This document shows positions 55,116-64,000 of a DNA stretch of 64,000 nt, one piece after another (within the stretch, counting starts at the first letter, position 1; every line of letters starts with the position of its first letter). This DNA comes from the human T2T-CHM13v2.0 reference genome, Homo sapiens. The stretch lies in NCBI RefSeq assembly GCF_009914755.1, contig NC_060947.1, one strand, 5' to 3'. A program made the translations under genes and the position numbers. Below the pieces are notes generated by a model that saw only the letters and a list, made by a program, of their open reading frames with translations, did not search any database and was not told where the DNA came from.

Positions 55116-56829
55116 AATCAAAGGGCTTTCCTAATCTGCATCTTCTGTCAGTTTCACAATAGCCTTGGGAGGGAACAGGGAACAGCGTACCAGCTCCAGT
55201 TGACAACTGAGGCTCTAGAAGCTTAGCAATTTGTTCACAGATGCCCAGTGAATACTGTAGCCAGAGTCAGAACTTGACTGTAACACATCACAAGAGGGGC
55301 ATCTCCACGCACCCTGAATCCTTATGGAGTTCAGCCTGGGGCACTTCAGGACAAAGTTTGATTTTTTCCCTAACTCTTGCCTTGCTTCGGTCTCTAGTCC
55401 AGCCAAGTTTCTCCCAGAGAAACACTGGTCTTCAAGGAAATCCTGGTTCTCTAATACCTCACCAAATTCCCCCTTCTTCAGGACATACAAATGGCTTATT
55501 TCTCCACACAGCAGTGAACTCTTTCTTTCCTCTTTTCTCTTCCTCCCGCCTTCTTTCCTTTCTTTCTTCTCCTTCCCTCCTTCTCTTCCCTCCTTCTTTT
55601 TTTCTTCCCACCCCTCCAGGCCATCTAAGTAGACTGGAAATAGAGAAGTAGAGGTTTGGGGTGAGAGAGGCCCAGTCTGGTGAAAATGATGCTCAGTTTC
55701 AGGAAGCCTGAATTCTAGGCCTCAGACAGACGTGGCCCCAGCTCCTGTTCTGTCACTGACTGTGTGAGACTGAGGCAAGTCTCTCCTCTCTTCTGAGCCT
55801 CAGTTTCCTTTCATCTGTAACATGAAAACATTGGAACACATCTGTGGTTTCTATACCTAAAAAAAAATAATAATAAAAATCCTTCGTTCAACTGAAAGCT
55901 AACAGAAAAAAATATCCAAAAGAAAAAGCAGACCAGCTCTGGTGAAAGGGTGGGGTGTCAGCTCTACCAGCCTGCCCCTCAACAGCTGCCCCTGAAATAT
56001 ATCCTTCTAACCCTGGAGCTCCACATATTCATTTACTCAAAAAATTTTTGGAAGACTTCTATGGCTAGCCTTCAAGTTGATGCTTGGCAGTTCTCTGTGG
56101 CAGAGGATATTAAAGGGATGTGTTATAGCTTCAGTCACTGGGACTTGTACCTCTGCCTCTGTGTCTCTGATGTCCCCCTATGGGGCCACACCCCAGTACC
56201 CACCCAGCACCTTTAGCCTGGCCCCCTTCTCTTCCTTCATCCTTGTCCCTGATTCCCAACCCACCTCCACACCCAATCTTTTGCTTATCTGCCCAATACT
56301 GTCTTTTCCAAGGTAGGAAAGAAAAAGCTAGATTGCGGGAGGGGGCAAACCCCTATCTCAACCCTCTTCTCCTATGTTTTGGCTCAGGTCATGGGGGGGA
56401 GGGTTTCAGTTGCTAAAAAAGGGGGAAGGGACAGTGTCACCCAGGGCTGAGGCTTAATCTACACTTGTTTGTTGAAGCTTTGAGTATCTGCCTGTTGCCC
56501 AATAAACTTGCCAGCATGGAATCCAGGGCAAACTGCTCTGTGAGGGGCCCCTAGCCATACCTCCTCCACCCATAGCATGCACCACACACACACACACAAA
56601 CACACACAGCTTGTTCAGAGGCTCATGGCTGGGAGTAAGAGGAGTGGGAGAAGGAGGAGGAGGAAGAGGAAGAAGAGGAAAAGGGAGTTACCCAGCTGCT
56701 GTGAACTCTACTCCTAAGTCCAGTCAGAAAGAAGCCTGTCCCTGGCCCTTCTGGGGTGGAGTCCAAAAATGGGTAGGTTTAACAAGTATCCCAGGGCACT
56801 GGCATTATTGGTGATGTTTGGGAAACACT

Positions 56830-57012
56830 GGATCAGAGGCCCTTGACCTTGGTTGCACATTAGAATCTCCTGGGGAGCTTGGAAATCCCCAGATGTCCAG
56901 GCCGCAGCCCAGATCCCTCAGACATCAGAGTCTCAGTGTGTGGGACCCAAGCATCAGTACTTATAAAGTTTTCCAACTGATTCCAATCGATAGGCAGAGT
57001 TGAGAGTCACTA
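56830..57012. mobile_element. MER5A-like relic
   Basis: GGTTGCACATTAGAATCTCCTGGGGAGCTT...TGATTCCAAT...GTTGAGAGTCACT. Confidence 0.65.
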
Positions 57013-58528
57013 CCATAGATGGTCTGTGAACAAACCTCCTTTCAGCCTTAAATTTCCATGGCATAAAGACTATGACTGCTAAGGCGGCAGGTAGGCAGGG
57101 AGAGGACAATGGGGGGTGAGAAGAGCCCACTTCTCAGGGAAGGTGGCATGGAAGTAGAGAAAGCATGGAAGTGTTTGGCCACCTGCCAAGAGGATGGAGA
57201 AGTCCCACATCCAGCTGGAAAGCCAAGAGCTAAAGGAGCCAATGACTCAGATAAGGTCCCCATGGGAACTAAAGGCTGGTGTAGAAGCCTCACGGTCCTT
57301 GGCTCTGGGCTCCTTCCCCTGGAGCTCTCACCCCTTCATGGAAGTCGCACTCTGACAGTAATTTCCATTCCACTTCTCAAGCAGACAGGGATACGGCAGA
57401 GGGAGGAGGCCTGCTGAGGTTAACCTCTTCCTAAACACCACATGTACTAATTCCACTACCAAAAGCATCCATAGCTTCCCTTCACCTTCAAAACAAAGCC
57501 TGTACTTCTCAGGCTGGAATGACAGGCCCTTCGCCATCTGGTTTCTGCTCATCTTTCCAGCCTCTTCTCTCACCATCTCTCCCTCCCCACTGTTGGCAGA
57601 GCTCACAGTGTATTCTGCCTGGGATGCCCTCCTACCCCAGGCACTGCCTGGAAAGCACCTACTCTTCTTTTGAGACCAGGACAAATGTCACCTCCTCTGG
57701 GCAGCTTTCTCTGATGCCCACCTCCCTTACTTCAGGCAGAGCTGATTAGGCACTTCTTCCTGGCTGCTTCCCCAATCCCACCTTCAGCACTCTATGCATC
57801 AGTGCCTTGTCAAGCCATATGGGACCCACCAAGACAAAAGGAAAAGTCAGTAATACCCATCCTGCCTTTATGTACAATTTTGATATATTGTTTATAATGG
57901 ATTTTCTACATTTATTCTGATGTTTTAATATTGCATTAAAATATTCTTTACCTTAATTACTGAGGTTTTTGGTGCCCCCTTAAATTTTTGCCCAAGGAAA
58001 AGGCCGCACCCTAGTCTAGGCCCTGTAATAGTCTGTCTCCCTTAGCACCATGGCTGCCTCCTTCACTTACTTCATTCACGTTTCAGCTCAAACATCACTG
58101 CAACCCAGAAACAGACTCACAGGTCAGCTAACTACAGCAAAGGCTGCTGCTGTGATTTAGTAGAGAAAAGAGCGATCTTTTCAGTAAGTGGTAGGAGCAA
58201 TTGGCTGCCTGCATGGGAAAAACAATGACCCTTATCTCCTGCCTTGCATCACATACAAACATTAATTTCAGTTGGATCATAGACCTAAATATGAAAGGTA
58301 AAGCACCTTCTAGGAAATAAAAAGCCAGGAGGATGCATTCATGACCTTGAGGTGGGCAAAGATTTTTTAAACAGGATATAAAAAGCACTAACTATAAAGG
58401 AAGAGATTGATAAATTAGACTCCACTAAATTTAAGAACTTCTCTTTATCAAAATGAATTAAGAGAATAAAAAGGTAACTGCATTCAGAGAAAAAATATTT
58501 GAGATATAGATACCCAAAAAAGAGGACT

Positions 58529-61182
58529 ACCTGCCTGCCTGGGTTGCAGAAGTGATGGCTGCCGACTGAGCTTGCTGCTTTCTTGCTACTGCTTGGGTTT
58601 CCTGGCTACCTACCAAATGGTGAGGGCGGCCCAGCTGTGTATGGTCAGTCAGATAGCCCCTGTCTCCCACCACCAATCTCTGTCCCCTAGCAGCATGGAG
58701 CAGACAGTGGCGGCAGCAGAAGCAGGCAAGCAGGGAAATGGTGGGAGGGCTGCAGGCCTGTGTGGTGGACTGTAGCATGGGGTATACAAAACTAGGATAT
58801 GCCAGAAATATAGAACCACAGTTGATCATCCTTTCCTGTATTGCTACTAAGGAGTCACCAAAAGTGGGTGATCAATCTCAAAGGAGGGTGATGAAAAGTA
58901 TTGATGACCAAGACTTCTTCATTGGTGATGAAGCAGTAGAAAAAACCTACATATGCAACAAAGTGGCCAATCCGCCATGGTATAGTTGAAGTTGGACCTG
59001 ACAAAAAGTTTTATAGAGCAAGTCATCTTAAATATTTAAGGGCAGAAACTGAAGACCGTTATTTTATTTTGTCTGAACCTCGACTTAATACTCCAGAAAA
59101 CAGGGAATATACTGCTGAAGTAATGTTTGAGTCCTTCAGTGTTCCAGGCTTGTACATTGCTGTGCAGGCTGTTCTTGCCTTAGCTGCATCTTGGACCTCC
59201 AGACAAGTAGGAGGACGGACATTTACAGGTACAGTAATAGACAGTGGAGATGGTGTCACTCATGTCATTGCTATGGCTGAAGGGTATTTGATTGCCAACT
59301 GTATTAAACACATTCCAATCCCAGGACGAAATATAACATATTTTATTCCGCAACTGCTGAGAGACCAAGAAGTAGGAATCCCTCAAAAACAATCCCTGGA
59401 AACTGCTAAGACAATAAAGGAGCACTATAGTTATGTCTGCCCAGATTTAGTAAAGGAATTTAACAAGTATGACACAGATGGGTCAAAATGGATTAAGCAG
59501 TATACCAGAATCAATGCTATCTCAAAGAAAGAATTTTCCATTGGTGTTGTTTCTGAGAGACTTTTGGGATTTGAAATCTTTTTTTCATCTAGAGTTTGCC
59601 AATCCAGACTTTACATAACCTATCTCAGAAATTGTAGGTGAAGTAATTCAGAATTGTCCTATTGATGTCAGATGGCCTCTCTATAAGAATATGGTCCTCT
59701 CTGTAGGTTCAACCATGTTCAGTGACTTTGGATATCACTTGCAAAGAGATTTGAAAAGAACTGTATGTAGATGCCTGGCTGAAATTAAGTAAGGAATTGA
59801 GTGGCAGTAGATTGAAGCCAAAATCTATTGATGTACAAGTCGTTACACACCATATGCAGCCATATGCAGTTTGGTTTGGAGGATCAATGCTGGCTTCCAC
59901 GCCGGAGTTCTACCAAGTATGCCACACTAAAAATCATTATGAAGAAATTGGACCTAGCATTTGCCGTCACAATCCGGTGTTTGGAGTCATGTCATAAAAA
60001 TGACTTCATAGTTATTGGGGTTAGGGAGGTGGAGAAGAGATAATCTTTTTCATTATGTTTTGTCTGGATGGCTGGTTTTGAGGTTTTAAACCTGACTTGA
60101 AATAGTAAGACCAAACGTGATTATACAGAAATATTTTAATAAGTGTATCAACATGCAAATGTAGAAGAGAAAGAAAGTGATTGTATTTTTTTTAGATTGA
60201 ATATTTGAATCGTATGTGTAACAAAAGAAGTGGGTTTTAGTTCCTTCTGTGCCCTGGTATTTTGTATGTTAATGAATTATCCAAGATTTGATGGATTTAT
60301 CAGTGTGTAGATAGCTCTATAATTATTTAATTGTATACTTCTAAGTGTGCAATGCAAGAGCTTGTTTATATTTCATACTTTTTGTACTTTGAGGATTAAA
60401 AAGTCAAAGAAAAATTGTGTTTGAGAGAAAAGTCATGAACAAGTAAAGGATAAATTTAAAAAATAGCCCCATGAGACTTGGCATACACACTAATGGGATT
60501 CCGGTTATTATGGAGTGCTTCCATACCCCTCCACTCCTTCTCCCCAAAAGGTTTTCTTTGCAAGTGCTTTTGAAGCTAAGAGCTGATATCTTGGATTAAC
60601 TGATGCCTGCTGCTGCTTTCTGATTACTCACATTCTGTTTCTTGCTTTTAAAAAAACAGTAAAGACAAGAGTGTTGGACCAGTATTGCAGTTCTGTAGTG
60701 TCATTTCTTATAAAACAACAACAACAACAATAATTTGATTACCAAAATTGGCATATTTAAAGCCTAACAACATTCTAATAAAGGCACAAATTTCTTTTTA
60801 ATGCTTGTTTCAAGCTCTTTAATCTCTTCATAAGTTAACTAATAAATCTATTTTCTTCAAACCTCTGCAATAGTTCTTTAAAATTACAGCCTCCGCCTCC
60901 TGGGTTCAAGCAGCTCTCCTGCCTCAGCCTCTCAAGTAGCTGAGATTACAGGCATCCGCCACCTATGTCTGGCTAATTTTTGTATTTTTGGTAGAGACGA
61001 GGTTTCTCCATGTTGGCCAGGCTGGTCTTGAACTGCTGACCTCAAGTGACCCGCCCGTCTTGGCCTCCCAAAGTGCTGGGATTACAGGTGTGAGCCACTA
61101 CACCTGGCCTGAAAGTTGATTTTCTTTGCATTTTAAAATATCTGGATCATGAAGAAAGAGTGATAAAAATAAATTAAAACTG
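58529..61182 (+). pseudogene. ACTR3P2: Processed pseudogene of ACTR3 (Arp3), probably ACTR3P2; 5'UTR, frameshifted CDS 58738-59997 and 3'UTR
   Basis: Intronless Arp3 peptides in shifting frames: [19 protein letters not shown]; [21 protein letters not shown]...[10 protein letters not shown]; [48 protein letters not shown] at 61168 and degenerate TSD AAAAAGAGGACT/AAAAAGAAACT. The symbol is from recalled locus position. Confidence 0.93.
60888..61109 (-). mobile_element. Alu (S-like) lacking its 3' end and poly-A, inside the ACTR3 retrocopy 3'UTR
   Basis: Begins abruptly at GCCTCCGCCTCCTGGGTTCAAG with no poly-T. Confidence 0.88.
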
Positions 61183-61630
61183 AAAAAGAAACTCATATCC
61201 AGTATATATAAAGAACTCCTACAAATCAATGTTTACAGCAGCTTTATTCATAATAGCCGAAAATGGTAACGACCCTCATATCCATCAAAAGGAGAATTAA
61301 TAAACAAACATGGAATATCCATGTAGAAATACACAGCAATAATAATGAACTGACATGCACGACCACATGTTTGAATCTCACTGACATTCTGTTTAGTGAA
61401 AAAAAAAGCCAGATAATGGCAAAACTAATTGAGGGTGAGAGCAATAAGTATAGTGGTGACCTCTTGGGTAGAGACTGGGAAAGAGGAAATTTCCTGGTGC
61501 TGAAAATGTTCTAAATTGTAATTTGGCTGGTGCTTATATGCTGTCTATAAATGTAACAAGTAATTGAGCTGTACTCTTCATATTAGTGTACTTTATTGTA
61601 TGTAAATATACCTCAAAAATAAAAAGGATA

Positions 61631-61930
61631 GACTGGGCATGGTGGCTTACACCTGTAATCACAGCACTTTGGGAGGCTGAGGCAGGAGGATTACTTGTGC
61701 CCCAGGAGTTCAAGACCAGCCCAAGCAACATAGCAACACCTTGTCTCTACAAAAATAAAAATAAAACAAAATAGCTGGGAGTAGTAGTGCATGCCTGTAG
61801 TCTCTGCTACTCAGAAGGCTGAGGCAGGAGGATCACCTGAGTCCAGGAAGTCCAGGCTGCAATGAGCCATGATCATGCCACTTCACTCCAGCCAGGGAGA
61901 CAGAGCAAGATCTGTCTGGAAAAAAAAAAA
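61631..61930 (+). mobile_element. Alu (J-like)
   Basis: Alu dimer and A tail. Confidence 0.9.
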
Positions 61931-62035
61931 ATAGCAGCTCTTCATGAGGCTGTCTCTGACCATTCTGTTAAAAATAGCAGCCCAATCTAAACATCATGTT
62001 GTACACCATAAATATATAAATATATACAATAAAAA

Positions 62036-62323
62036 TGTATAGAGACAAAGTCTTGCTCTGTTGCCCAGGCTGGAGTGCAGTGGTGTGATCATGGCTGACT
62101 GCAGCCTTGACCTCCCAGTCTCAATCCATTCTCTTGCCTCAGCCTCCTGAGTAGCTGGGACTACAAGCACACACCACTATGACCGGCTAATTTTTGTATT
62201 TTTTGTAGAAATGGGATCTCACTATGTTGCAAAGGCTGGTCCTCAACTCTTGGACTCAAGTGATCCTCTTGCCTCAGCCTTTGAAAGTACTGAGATTACA
62301 GGCATCAGCTACCAGGCCCAGCC
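62036..62323 (-). mobile_element. Alu (J-like)
   Basis: Antisense Alu dimer. Confidence 0.88.
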
Positions 62324-62487
62324 CAATTTTAAAGATAAATAAATGCAATTAATAAATGCAAAATAAATAGATGCAAATTAAATACAAATAAATAAATGCA
62401 AAATAAATAAATAAACCCTCACCACTCTCAGCACACTACCCTTCTTTGTTTTTCTTCAAAGCATTCATTGCAACTTAAAAAAAAAGG

Positions 62488-62612
62488 TTTTTAGAGATGG
62501 GGGAAGCTCACTTTGTTCCCCAGATTGGTCTCGACCTCCTTGACTCAAACAATCTTCCTGCCTCAGCCTCCTGAGTAGCTGGGATTATAGGCAGGAGCTA
62601 CTGCGCCCAACT
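62488..62612 (-). mobile_element. Alu monomer / FLAM-like fragment
   Basis: Single-arm antisense Alu motifs. Confidence 0.7.
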
Positions 62613-63309
62613 GCTTCTTGCAACCTAATATACTGTTTATTTATTTATTGGTTTATCTTCTGTTTCCCTGCACTAGACTCTAAGCCCACCACGGCAGGAA
62701 CTCTGCCTAGCACATGGTAAGAGCTTGCTCCTTCTTGGTTGAGGAGCCCCCACCACGCTGTATTGCATTCTGGGAGTGTGACATTAAAAGGTACAGCAGC
62801 AAGCACACGAGCTCTGGAACCACACCCCCTGGGTTCTGGTTCCACTTCCATTGCCTAGCAGCTGACGGGCCTCTGGCAAGTTTTTTCACCTTGCTGTGTC
62901 TCAGTCTCCCCATCTTCAGTATGGACAAAATCTCAGTTCCTACCTTACTGTAGCCCAGATCAAGTTGCTGCACACTGCCAGCGCCCTCAGATGGAGCTAC
63001 TGACTCAGATGGCCTGGGACTCATGCCCGCACTCTGCTCCCTGTGCTCCTCCCCAAACCCACTTCAGAGAAGGCCTCATGGGTCCCTCAACCCTCTGAAA
63101 GGGAAGGGTGTGTTGTGTAGAAGGCTGTTCGCAATGACTACTTCTAAAGCACATACGTCAGGCATTGACTGTGCCCTCTGGTCATATGAAGGTGCGTTAA
63201 ACTCCTGGTTTCCCTTGATGCTGGCAGCATCTCCTCTTTCTCTAAAATGCTGTATGCCCATGTAGAAAGGCCTGTCCCCTTCGCCCTCAGAAAGTTCACT
63301 AAAAACTCA

Positions 63310-64000
<691 letters not shown>

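Larger units (their letters stand above)
58130..61625 (+). mobile_element. Old L1 (L1ME-like) fragments 58130-58528 and 61183-61625 flanking the ACTR3 retrocopy
   Basis: The L1 3' sequence reads through across the insertion (…AAAGAGGACT|CATATCCAGTATATATAAAGAACTCCTACAAATCAAT). Confidence 0.72.

Noticed and set aside
59069-59641. 190-aa Arp3-like ORF as a functional gene
   Set aside because: TTG start, bounded by frameshifts, part of a decayed processed pseudogene.

Overview
This is human (primate) genomic DNA, recognisable as Xq13.1. The first ~13.3 kb holds the 3' 13 coding exons and 3'UTR of STARD8 (DLC3; SAM-RhoGAP-START) on the + strand; the start exon(s) lie upstream of the window. The remaining ~50 kb is repeat-dense intergenic sequence. 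It contains a full-length L1PA3-type element (16-bp TSD) nested in an older L1PB. That L1 has ORF1 broken by one CGA>TGA change and an open 1275-aa ORF2 with intact RT and CCHC motifs but a catalytic H230Y change in the endonuclease. It also retains the ~129-bp ZNF93-target segment and an open antisense ORF0. Also present are an ACTR3 processed pseudogene inserted in an old L1, an L1 at the right edge whose 5'UTR has a precisely spliced-out intron (SpIRE97/622-type), and many Alu, L2, MIR, MaLR/ERV LTR and DNA-transposon relics. Most short ORFs in the track are noise. I cannot demonstrate a new biological system. The best leads are the L1 antisense promoter/ORF0 facing a 398-codon ORF antisense to STARD8, the EN-dead/RT-intact ORF2, the in-frame stop-free last STARD8 intron and the spliced L1. 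Subfamily names and repeat boundaries come from recalled consensus features, not from a RepeatMasker run.
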